DNA from: Polyangiaceae bacterium
GTDB lineage: Bacteria; Myxococcota_A; Polyangia; Polyangiales; Polyangiaceae
Length of the DNA stretch: 64,000 nucleotides
Assembly: GCA_044376115.1 (NCBI GenBank)
Contig: JBILLK010000008.1
Span: 256,001 to 320,000 of the forward strand
Reading direction: 5' to 3'
The translations under genes were made by a program, and so were the position numbers. Below, piece by piece: positions 1 to 8,417 of this stretch. The notes beneath the pieces are model-generated. The model had not been told where the DNA came from, did no database searches, and saw only the letters and a program-made list of their open reading frames with translations. How positions within the stretch are numbered: the first letter of the stretch is position 1; every line of letters begins with the position of its first letter.

Positions 1-521
1 CCGATGGTGTTTCCGTCGAGCGTCATCGTGCCGAACTCGGCGGTGATCGGAACGCCGCGGTACATCACACCGTTGGCGTAGCCGATCCACTCTTCCTCGG
101 CCGGATCGAACTCGGAGACCTGCGAGTAGCAATCATCCTTGCCGCTGGTCATCTCGACCGTCGCTCGGAACATCACCTCGCAAGACGGGCATAGCCACGG
201 CTGCGACGAGTCCTCCACTCCCTCGTAATGCCGAACGTACGTGCAGTCGGTGGCGCCCGCGGTCTGCGCGGTTGCGTCAAAGGCTACCGTCCAGGTGATG
301 TCGCCTGACATCGTCCGACGAGAGCCCGGGCCCGGCTCCACGGTGCCGCCGGTTCCACCATCGCCGCCGCCCGGCCCGGCTGCGCCCTGGTTGACGACGC
401 CCCCGGCGCCGCCAGCGTTATTGCTTTCTCCAGCGCTACCGCCGGTGCCGGTGCCTCCGTCATCACAGCCAGCCGTGAGAAGAGCCACGAGTCCGAACGC
501 GAAGAGCGGGCGATTCAGCAT
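1..521 (-). CDS. Lipoprotein with Gly-rich linker, partial (runs off window start)
   Basis: Not in ORF track; manual translation from ATG at 521: MLNRPLFAFGLVALLTAGC (lipobox) DDGGTGTGGSAG..., open to position 1, GC-rich third codon positions. Confidence 0.75.
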   Translation of the reverse strand, partial: MLNRPLFAFGLVALLTAGCDDGGTGTGGSAGESNNAGGAGGVVNQGAAGPGGGDGGTGGTVEPGPGSRRTMSGDITWTVAFDATAQTAGATDCTYVRHYEGVEDSSQPWLCPSCEVMFRATVEMTSGKDDCYSQVSEFDPAEEEWIGYANGVMYRGVPITAEFGTMTLDGNTI

Positions 522-576
522 CTCCCAGCCCTACACCAAAGCGGCATAGGGCACTACTCGGATAGCGCGCAAAAGC

Positions 577-2511
577 TCAGGGAAACTCGCATTGCTGCGT
601 CGTGTCGTTGCAGAAGGAGCCGGGCTGTATGAATGGGCACACATCCCCGAAGAACGCTGTGCACGGCGGGCCGCACGCCTTGACCGTGTGGTCGTAACAG
701 ATCTGGTTATTGGCGCATTCACTGGTGTTCGCACAGCGACAGTTGAAGTCGTCAATCACGTTGTTGCCGGTCTCATCGATGCCGTTGCAACACTCGGTGA
801 CGTAGACATCGCTGGCGCTGCAATCTTCATCGCCACAATCGATAGTGCCGTCGCAGTCGTTGTCTTCACCGTCGGTGCAACGCATGGGGGCGAACTCGGG
901 CTCCGGCGGCGAACCGCCGTTGCAATTGAAGCAAAGCGCGGTGGTCGTGCAATCCGGGTCGGCGCAATCCACATAGACGTCACCGTCGTTGTCCAGCCCG
1001 TCTCCGCACAGCTCGGGGGGGTTCGGCACGATGTCGACGTTGAGCTGGAACGGGCCTTCATTGGCGCCCTGGTTGGGGTCCACCGTGAAGCCGTCGAGGA
1101 AGACGAAGTAGGTCCCCGGATAGAGGATGGTGAAGTCGAGGTTGGCCGCGAGCGCGCCAGCGCTGTCGTCATCACAGCCGATCTCGAGCCCAGTGTTGCA
1201 GGCGCCCGTGCGCACGTAGAGCGTCGAGTCGAAGGAGGTCCCACTCGAATCGAGATGCACGAACGACGGCTCATTGAGCACGAAGAAGAAGACGGCCTCC
1301 CCAGCGTCACCGCCGCAGGCGCCCTTGGTCTCGCTCACGTTGCCGGTGGTGTCGCCGAAGAAGCTACCTGAACCGCCGATCAACTTGGGCGATAGGCAGT
1401 TAGCCTGGGCCTGCTGACATACAGGGGTATTGGCGCACTCTTCATCTTGGCAATCTGCATTACCGTCGCCGTCGTCATCAAGGCCGTTGTTGCAGATCTC
1501 CGCTACGGCCTCGCAGCCCGGCGCAAAAACGCAGGCTGAGTCGGCGCAATCGATGATTAGGTCACAGTCGTTGTCGATGCCGTCATTGCAGATCTCTGGT
1601 TCACAGTTCTGGCAGGTTGGAGAGGCCGCACAATTGGGGTCGGCGCAATCGGGCTGACCGTCACAATCGTTGTCGAAGCCATCACCGCAGACCTCGGGTG
1701 ACCCCGGAGGGACGCAGGCGCAGGGAAAGACGCCCTGGCAGTTCGGGTCGGCGCAATCCACCAGCAGATCGCAATCGTTGTCGCTCCCGTCGAAGCAATC
1801 CTCGAAGTTGTCGAGGCACTGGCACTGCTCTTCGGAGAAGCAGTCGGAGTCATCACAATCAAAGGCGCCGTCGCAGTCTTCGTCAAAGCCGTTGAAACAG
1901 GAGCCCGCCTCCGACGGCGCGCAGCCGCACGCCGGTGTTCCAACGCATTGCGAATCGAAGCAATCGACGATCTCATCGCAGTCGTCGTCCTGGCCGTTGT
2001 TGCAGTCTTCATCCACCGGCGTGCAACCGCAGTTGGGGACGTTGAAGCAGGCCGGGTCGAAGCAGTCCTCTACGCCGTTGCAGTCGTTGTCCGAACCGTC
2101 GAAGCAGTTCTCCGGCTGAATGGGCGAGACCTGAGGATTGAGGTCGTTGCAATCGGGACCGCCACACGCGGTCGCAACGAAGCCGTCTTGATCGTCGTCA
2201 CGTTCGGGGAAGCTGCACTCACCGTTGTTGCAGAGGTTGGAGGTGCATGCGTCGAAGTCCTCGCACTCGGAGGCAACGATGCAGCCCGGCCCGCCGCCGA
2301 CCGGCCCACCGCCCACCGGCCCGCCTCCTGGCCCAGGGCCGCCGCCCACCGGTCCGCCACCGGGACCAGGGCCGGAGCCACCGCCTCCGGGGCCGCTGGC
2401 CCCTCCACCGCTCCCGCCCTCTTCTCCCACCGGAAGATCGAGCGCAGCGCGGCCGCAGGAAGTGGCCATCCCGAGTACAAGCAACCCAAGGATTCGGTGG
2501 TTCAATCGCAT
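577..2511 (-). CDS. Cys/Asp-rich surface lipoprotein with ~9-10 putative metal-binding repeats and an inserted PPC-like beta domain
   Basis: Lipobox MATSC, Gly/Pro linker, repeated E-x-C-x-[DN]-G-x-D-[ND]-D-C-D-x3-D-C-x-D-x2-C units; central FDSTLYVR...GCDDD...PGTYFVFLDG segment. Confidence 0.85.
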   Translation of the reverse strand: MRLNHRILGLLVLGMATSCGRAALDLPVGEEGGSGGGASGPGGGGSGPGPGGGPVGGGPGPGGGPVGGGPVGGGPGCIVASECEDFDACTSNLCNNGECSFPERDDDQDGFVATACGGPDCNDLNPQVSPIQPENCFDGSDNDCNGVEDCFDPACFNVPNCGCTPVDEDCNNGQDDDCDEIVDCFDSQCVGTPACGCAPSEAGSCFNGFDEDCDGAFDCDDSDCFSEEQCQCLDNFEDCFDGSDNDCDLLVDCADPNCQGVFPCACVPPGSPEVCGDGFDNDCDGQPDCADPNCAASPTCQNCEPEICNDGIDNDCDLIIDCADSACVFAPGCEAVAEICNNGLDDDGDGNADCQDEECANTPVCQQAQANCLSPKLIGGSGSFFGDTTGNVSETKGACGGDAGEAVFFFVLNEPSFVHLDSSGTSFDSTLYVRTGACNTGLEIGCDDDSAGALAANLDFTILYPGTYFVFLDGFTVDPNQGANEGPFQLNVDIVPNPPELCGDGLDNDGDVYVDCADPDCTTTALCFNCNGGSPPEPEFAPMRCTDGEDNDCDGTIDCGDEDCSASDVYVTECCNGIDETGNNVIDDFNCRCANTSECANNQICYDHTVKACGPPCTAFFGDVCPFIQPGSFCNDTTQQCEFP

Positions 2512-2710
2512 CGAGCCAACGATAGGCCGAGCAACCCAAAGCGACGGCTTAAATTCGGATCAAAACGCTTAAACGAACGACGTTGACCAAAGGGTGACAG
2601 CGCGGTGACTTGCGGCTCGCAGGCTTGGCCGTTAGAAGCACGCAGTGCAGACGAGCGAGACGAGTGACTTAACGCTGGGTCTACGAGGCGGTGGGCGCGG
2701 TGCCGAACCG

Positions 2711-2869
2711 ATGGACCTACTCAAGGTCTCGGCGGTCGCGCTGGTCGTCGCGCTCGCGATCGGGGTCTACTTGGCCTTTCGCCTATGGGGTCGCAAACGC
2801 GACCTCGCACCAAACTCGTCGCGTAGCTCCTTCCGTCCGCCGCCGCCCTCGGTGCCGCCGTCTCGTTGA
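2711..2869 (+). CDS. Small single-TM membrane protein (52 aa)
   Basis: ATG at 2711, hydrophobic helix then basic/Pro tail; stop lies 3 bp before the next gene. Confidence 0.55.
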   Translation: MDLLKVSAVALVVALAIGVYLAFRLWGRKRDLAPNSSRSSFRPPPPSVPPSR

Positions 2870-2872
2870 AGG

Positions 2873-3880
2873 ATGAGCCAGAACGCACAAGCGACCTCCT
2901 CGATGGGCAAGCGATTACTGCTCGGCATGTTGCTGGGCGTGGTCGTCTACGGCGTTCTGGTGGCGTTGCGTGGCTTCGATAAAGTCGCAGCTGAACTTTC
3001 GTATTTTCATTGGTGGGCGTTCGCCGCAGCCTGCGGTCTCTCGCTCATCAACTACTGCCTGCGTTTCATCAAGTGGGAGTACTACCTCAGCGTTCTGGAC
3101 ATTCGGGGCGTGCCCAAGGGCGAGAGCTTTCTGATTTTTCTCTCGGGCTTCGTGCTCACGGTAACCCCAGGCAAAGTGGGGGAAGTGTTCAAGTCCTGGG
3201 TGCTGCGCGAGCTTCGTGACGTCCCGGTGGAGAGGTCCGCGCCCATCGTGTTCGCCGAGCGAATCACCGATCTAATCGGCATGATCATGCTGATCAGCAT
3301 CGGCTCCTCGGCCTTCCCGGGCGGGGCGCTGTGGGCCGCCGCAGGCGCTGTAGTCGTCGGGGCGTTGCTCGGCTTTGTGGCGATCCCGGGCCTCGGGTTG
3401 AAGTTGCTGGCGGGGCTGGCGCGCTTGCCGTTTCGGCTCGGGCCGATCTTCGCGCGGCTCACGCCGAAGATCGCTTCGGCACTCGACAGCGTGCGCGAGC
3501 TCACTCGGGCGCGGCATTTGGTCGTTCCCACGCTGCTCTCGCTGGTCGGCTGGGCACTCGAAGGCGTGGGCGTCTTTCTGCTGTTGCGTGGCTTTGGCGC
3601 CTCCCTCGACGTATTGCGGGCCACGTTTTTCTACGCCACCGCGACCTTGGCCGGTGCGCTGGTGCCGGTGCCCGGCGGCTTGGGCGTCACCGAGAAAGTT
3701 TTGGAAGAGAGCATGGTCGGCCTCGGTGGTGTGCCTTCGGCCACCGCAACGGCGGCAATGTTGCTCGCGCGGCTCGGGACACTTTGGTTTGCCGTGCTAT
3801 TGGGATTTGTGGCGCTCTTTCTCCTTCGCCTCCGGAACCCCAAGCTGCTAGCCACTGCTTCGCCTCGCACTTCTACGTGA
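2873..3880 (+). CDS. Lysylphosphatidylglycerol synthase TM / flippase-like (UPF0104) membrane protein
   Basis: Multi-TM; motifs LRFIKW, TPGKVGE, ERITD, PGGLGVTE. Confidence 0.85.
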   Translation: MSQNAQATSSMGKRLLLGMLLGVVVYGVLVALRGFDKVAAELSYFHWWAFAAACGLSLINYCLRFIKWEYYLSVLDIRGVPKGESFLIFLSGFVLTVTPGKVGEVFKSWVLRELRDVPVERSAPIVFAERITDLIGMIMLISIGSSAFPGGALWAAAGAVVVGALLGFVAIPGLGLKLLAGLARLPFRLGPIFARLTPKIASALDSVRELTRARHLVVPTLLSLVGWALEGVGVFLLLRGFGASLDVLRATFFYATATLAGALVPVPGGLGVTEKVLEESMVGLGGVPSATATAAMLLARLGTLWFAVLLGFVALFLLRLRNPKLLATASPRTST

Positions 3881-4004
3881 GGGCTCTCGGGGCACAAGAA
3901 CGAATACGCTTGAACTTTTCGCCCACACCATGCTAGCCCCCTTCGTGTAGGTTTCTTTAGGGCTCGTGCGCAAGGCGCGCGGCCGCCAGAAAAAAGACGC
4001 AATC

Positions 4005-4610
4005 ATGCAGACCGTCGAACGCGGCCTTCCGCTTGTCCAACACACGATCACCGCTCTGAAGGCGCGCATCGCCAAGAGAGGCGGAGAGTCGCCCGTGGGC
4101 GCCGGCCGCGCCGCACTCGACACGCTCGAGTCGCGGTTGATGGTGGAGCTTCCGCCAACGTTGCGTGCCTTCCTCTCTTTCGACTTCACGTTCGCCTCGC
4201 TCGGCAAGGGTTTCCACGGCCGCGCTCGCTTCGGCAGCTCGGCTTCGGCGCCTAAGCCGCGGCTCACCAGCGTGCGCAAACTGGCGGAGTCCAAGACTGA
4301 GCTCGGTTGGACGGACTCGCGCATCCGCACCAAGTTGGTGCGCATGCCCAACCGGCCGCGGCATCCGTGGCACGCGCTCTACCTCGGAGAGGCCCGCCGT
4401 GACGGCGAGCTCATCATCCTCGGCGCCGAGCACGAGGACACGTTGGTGCGCTTCTGGCCGCGTTACACCGCTTTTGACCTCTACATCGCTGAACAAGCCG
4501 GCGTGATCGAGCTGACGGATTCCCAACGGCTCGAGGATCTCGAGTCCCATCTCGCTCTCAATCCTGAGTTGGGCACCGGTGAAGACGCCGACGACGGCGA
4601 CGACTACTAA
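4005..4610 (+). CDS. Hypothetical protein, possibly SMI1/KNR4 (SUKH)-like
   Basis: ALDTLESRLMVELPPTLRAFL resembles the SMI1/KNR4 N-terminal motif; ATG at 4005 (alternative GTG 3966). Confidence 0.55.
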   Translation: MQTVERGLPLVQHTITALKARIAKRGGESPVGAGRAALDTLESRLMVELPPTLRAFLSFDFTFASLGKGFHGRARFGSSASAPKPRLTSVRKLAESKTELGWTDSRIRTKLVRMPNRPRHPWHALYLGEARRDGELIILGAEHEDTLVRFWPRYTAFDLYIAEQAGVIELTDSQRLEDLESHLALNPELGTGEDADDGDDY

Positions 4611-5619
4611 CGAGCCCATCGCCCTGCTGGTCGTCGCCAGCGGAGAGCGGGCTGACAAGTTTGTCGCTTTGGCGCTCGAGGCTCGCGGTCTCGCGGTCTC
4701 GCGAGCGCGCATTCAGCGTTGGTGTGAAGAGGGCCTGGTTACGCGCAGCAACCAAGCCCTTAAGTCCTCATCGTTGTTACGAGCTGGGGACGAGCTCGTG
4801 GTGCGCCCAGTCGCCGATGAACCGAGCGACCTCATCCCCGATCCCAGCGTGGTGATTGACGTGGTGTACGAGGATGACGATCTCGTCGTGGTGCACAAGC
4901 CGGCGCACTTGGTCGTGCATCCAGCCAAGAGCCATCGTGAAAAGACGCTGATTCACGGGCTGCTCGCCCGCGGCGGCTTCGACAAGGGCACGCTGGAGGA
5001 CTGCACCCGGCCTGGCATCGTGCACCGCATCGACAAGGGCACCAGCGGCCTGCTGGTGGTGGCCAAGAAGGTCGCCACGCGCGAGAAGCTGAAGGAGCTC
5101 TTCCAACAACATCGCATCGATCGTGAGTATGTCGCGCTCGTGGTTGGAACCGCGCAATCCGCCACGTACGACACAGCGCACGGTCGTCACGAGACGGATC
5201 GGCTGCGCTTCACCTCGCTGCGGCCTGCCGGCACCCCTCGCCGAGCGATCACCCACATCGCGGTGGTCGAGCAGCTGCACGGGCTCACGCTCGTACGTTG
5301 CACGCTGGAGACCGGACGCACCCATCAGATCCGGGTGCATCTGAGTGAACGCTCCGGCACGCCCATCCTGGGTGATCCCGTCTACGGTGCCCGACCGAAG
5401 GATCCGGCCATTCGTGCACTGGGCGAGGCCCTCGGCAGGCAAGCTTTGCACGCCCAAGTGCTCGGCTTCGTCCACCCGCGAACGCGCAAGAAGCTTCGTT
5501 TCGAGCGGCCACCACCGGCCGATTTTCAGCACGCCCTCGCGGTCGCTCGCGAACGCACGGCAACCGCCGAGGCAATCTCCTTGCGCACGACCACCGCTCG
5601 GAACAAAACCCAACGATGA
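4579..5619 (+). CDS. rluD: RluA-family 23S rRNA pseudouridine synthase (RluD-like)
   Basis: S4-like N-terminus, KPAHLVVHP, catalytic HRIDKGTSG, LETGRTHQIRVH, GDPVYG, QALHA. Confidence 0.92.
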   Translation: MKTPTTATTTNEPIALLVVASGERADKFVALALEARGLAVSRARIQRWCEEGLVTRSNQALKSSSLLRAGDELVVRPVADEPSDLIPDPSVVIDVVYEDDDLVVVHKPAHLVVHPAKSHREKTLIHGLLARGGFDKGTLEDCTRPGIVHRIDKGTSGLLVVAKKVATREKLKELFQQHRIDREYVALVVGTAQSATYDTAHGRHETDRLRFTSLRPAGTPRRAITHIAVVEQLHGLTLVRCTLETGRTHQIRVHLSERSGTPILGDPVYGARPKDPAIRALGEALGRQALHAQVLGFVHPRTRKKLRFERPPPADFQHALAVARERTATAEAISLRTTTARNKTQR

Positions 5620-6032
5620 GCCAGCTCGAGATACGAGAGAACGCCTTCGGTCGCGTCGAGATCGACCGCGAGAGCAGGATCGTCCGGCTCGTTCGCACGG
5701 CCAACGCCCTCACGCCAGAGGCACTGGAGACCGTCGTTGCGGATTTCCAGCTGTCGGTGCCGCTACGCGAGCGCGCGGGACTGGTCCTGCTTCAGGACAT
5801 GCGCCTCGCACCAATGGTGCGCGACGCGGCGCTCGAACAGGCGCTGCTAGCGGCGATCCCTCATCTCAGCACCCGCTTCGCGGCGCGCGCGGTACTGCTC
5901 GCAACAGCGGTGGGCAGGCTTCAAGCCAATCGCTTCGCCTCTCACGCAATAGGCGAAGTCAAAACCTTCACCGACGAAGCCGAGGCCATGCGCTACTTGC
6001 GCGAGCAAGCCAGCAAGCTCCGGCCAGCGTAG
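5616..6032 (+). CDS. Hypothetical protein, STAS/SpoIIAA-like fold possible
   Basis: ATGA overlap with rluD; LLQDMR and C-terminal KTFTDEAEAMRYL pattern. Confidence 0.65.
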   Translation: MSQLEIRENAFGRVEIDRESRIVRLVRTANALTPEALETVVADFQLSVPLRERAGLVLLQDMRLAPMVRDAALEQALLAAIPHLSTRFAARAVLLATAVGRLQANRFASHAIGEVKTFTDEAEAMRYLREQASKLRPA

Positions 6033-6048
6033 GCCGGCCAGGTGAGGC

Positions 6049-6321
6049 TCACCAAACCTTCGATTTTACGTGGCCTTTGGACTTGATCAGGATGTCCACC
6101 AGCGCCCGATCGTAGAAATTGCGGTGATAAAGGTCGGCTGAAACGCGGCTCTTGTAGAGCGCGCGCCCCTCTTCGATCTCTTCCGCGAGGTTCGAGAAGA
6201 GGTTGTCCTCTTCGATACCTTTTTTGATCTTGTCTTCGTTGTAGAGCGAGAGGTCGCTGGCAATCGCGCGAGCTAGGCGGCGGGCGGCTTCTTCCGTCTC
6301 AATGAGGGCCATGCGGCGCAT
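6049..6321 (-). CDS. Small conserved-looking helical protein
   Basis: ARRLARAIASDLSLYNEDKI...EEGRALY; strong codon bias; start uncertain (several ATGs 6312-6324). Confidence 0.8.
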   Translation of the reverse strand: MRRMALIETEEAARRLARAIASDLSLYNEDKIKKGIEEDNLFSNLAEEIEEGRALYKSRVSADLYHRNFYDRALVDILIKSKGHVKSKVW

Positions 6322-6366
6322 CATCGGGCGGATCGGTAATTCTGTCAAAAGGGTTGCCGTTCTTCT

Positions 6367-7767
6367 TCAACCAACGCTTGAATCTGCGTCATTTTGAGGG
6401 ACGTCTCGTGGGCCGCCCAACGCCATCGCCACCGCGAAAGCCGGCAGCACCATCAGCGCATAACGCCCTGCGCCAAAAAACACCGCATGGGTCAGCGCCG
6501 TGAGCAGGACCAGCGCGCCCGCAGCGCACAGCAGCACAGCCTCGGCGTCTCGCCGCTTCCTCAGCACCGGGAACAGCGAAAGCACGCCAAACACGAGCAC
6601 CGCTGGGGTCGCCCACGGAATCGCGCACAACAGCAAGGCCGAGGTCCAACGCTGAGTCGCCGAGCCAATGCGCAGCGCCGCGCCCAAGCGCGTGAGCGCC
6701 GCCAAGAGCGATAGCCGGATCCACAGCGTCTCCAACGCGCCTGCGACGAGCTTCGCACTGCTCGAAAACGCCTCGGGGTTGGACGCGTTCAAATACCAAG
6801 GGCCAGCACCTGCGTAGTCGAAGGTCCGGCTCAACTTGCTCGGGATCAGCGCCAAATACGCGCCGGGGGCTTCGGCGATGCGACGTTTGGCCACCCGCTC
6901 GAAACAAAGGTCCACCTCGGCCTCCACCGTCAGCGCGCTGCATTCGTCGGGCACCACGACCTCCGCCCACGTACCGAGCGCCTCTGCGTTGGTGCCGATC
7001 AGCAGGTTCCAACCGCCGTTCATGCTCACGAGCGCACAGCGATCCATCGCTTCGCAATTCCGGTACGTCCACGGCAACACCGCAGCAAGCGACACCCCGA
7101 GCGGCAGCAGCCCTCGCAACCAACGCGCGCGCCTCGAGCCCTCTGAAAAAAGAATCAGGAGGATTGCGCAGACCAACGCAAACAGGAGGAACTGCGGTCT
7201 CACCAACGTGCCCACACCGCCAAGCAGCCCGAGCAGCGTGAGGCTGAGCAGCGTCGGCCGCCGCAGCGCGAAGAACAGCGTCGCCAACGCTCCCGCATAC
7301 AAGGCGGCGGTGAAAGCTTCGGTCATCAACGCTGGCGTGTACAGAATCAGCGCGGGGTGCAGCGCCCAGCTGACGCTAGTCGCAGTGAGCCAGCCTGCGC
7401 TCGGATGGCTCGACCTCGCGAACGCGAGCATCAACAACGCAGCAAAAGCTCCACCGACGGCGGCATTCATTAGCATGCCCATCCCCGGCGCGTGCGCCAC
7501 GCTCCAATACGAAAGCGCGAGCAACGCGGGGTACCCGACGGGGTAATGGGCTACGGCTCGCGAGCTACCGTCTGCGTTGCTGGTCGAGTAGCCGAGCCCG
7601 TCGGCCAAACGCAGAGCGTGCTCGTGGTAATAAAAGCCGTCTGCGACCGGCGGAAAACGGTGGTAGCCCCACACGGCCAAGCCCAGCCGAAGCAGTAGGC
7701 CGAGCAGGCAACAGATCGCGGCGAAGCGCAGCGCACGTCTTCGCTCAGCCGCCGTCACGCAGCCCAA
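6367..7767 (-). CDS. GT-C fold (ArnT/PMT-like) membrane glycosyltransferase
   Basis: Multi-TM; DGFYYHEHA, YPVGYP, LMTE, LVRP, PWTYRN, GRY motifs. Confidence 0.75.
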   Translation of the reverse strand: MGCVTAAERRRALRFAAICCLLGLLLRLGLAVWGYHRFPPVADGFYYHEHALRLADGLGYSTSNADGSSRAVAHYPVGYPALLALSYWSVAHAPGMGMLMNAAVGGAFAALLMLAFARSSHPSAGWLTATSVSWALHPALILYTPALMTEAFTAALYAGALATLFFALRRPTLLSLTLLGLLGGVGTLVRPQFLLFALVCAILLILFSEGSRRARWLRGLLPLGVSLAAVLPWTYRNCEAMDRCALVSMNGGWNLLIGTNAEALGTWAEVVVPDECSALTVEAEVDLCFERVAKRRIAEAPGAYLALIPSKLSRTFDYAGAGPWYLNASNPEAFSSSAKLVAGALETLWIRLSLLAALTRLGAALRIGSATQRWTSALLLCAIPWATPAVLVFGVLSLFPVLRKRRDAEAVLLCAAGALVLLTALTHAVFFGAGRYALMVLPAFAVAMALGGPRDVPQNDADSSVG

Positions 7768-8360
7768 AGCCGCAACGCTTGGAGGCCCTCGACCACCTCA
7801 CAAATCGGCAGGCCGACGACACAAGCGTACGACCCAGCGATGCTGCGAACCGCGAACGAAAAGCCGCCTTGAATCGCGTAGCCGCCGGCTTTGTCATCGC
7901 CCTCTTTGGACGCGACGTAGTTCGCGACCTCCTGCGCTGAAAGTGGACGCACGGTCACCTTGGTCGTCACCGTGCGTGCGAGCGTCTCGCCCTCACGCGT
8001 ACGCAACGCGAAGCGCGTGGAGACTTCGTGACCGCGGCCCGACAAAAGCCGAAGCATGCGCGCCGAATCGGCGGCATCAACCGGCTTCCCCAAAACCGCG
8101 CCGTCCACCACCACCACCGTATCGGCCACCAACACGGCCGGACAATCCCGATGCTCGGGCTGCGCGTTGAGCTGCTTAGCTTGCTCAAGCTTGGCGGCGA
8201 CGACACGCTCCAGGTAGACCGACCAAGCTTCCCCTGCGAGCAGCGATTCGTCTGCCGAGATGGCGCCGACACGCAGCGGGACCCCCGCAGACTGGAGCAA
8301 CTCACGACGCCGGGGGGACCCGGAAGCAAGCAGAAGTGGCGAAGAGTGAGACAGAACCAT
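7755..8360 (-). CDS. maf: Maf family nucleoside triphosphate pyrophosphatase
   Basis: LASGSPRRRELL, ADTVV, GKP, LSGRGHEV, DKAGGYAIQG, VVGLP. Confidence 0.93.
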   Translation of the reverse strand: MVLSHSSPLLLASGSPRRRELLQSAGVPLRVGAISADESLLAGEAWSVYLERVVAAKLEQAKQLNAQPEHRDCPAVLVADTVVVVDGAVLGKPVDAADSARMLRLLSGRGHEVSTRFALRTREGETLARTVTTKVTVRPLSAQEVANYVASKEGDDKAGGYAIQGGFSFAVRSIAGSYACVVGLPICEVVEGLQALRLWAA

Positions 8361-8417
8361 CGCTTTCGGCGATTGCAGATAGCTCACCGCCGCACACTTT
8401 GCTACCACCTGGGTTCA

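Noticed and set aside
8028..8417. N-terminal extension of the TSP3/OmpA ORF
   Set aside because: Antisense to maf; signal peptide follows ATG 8418.
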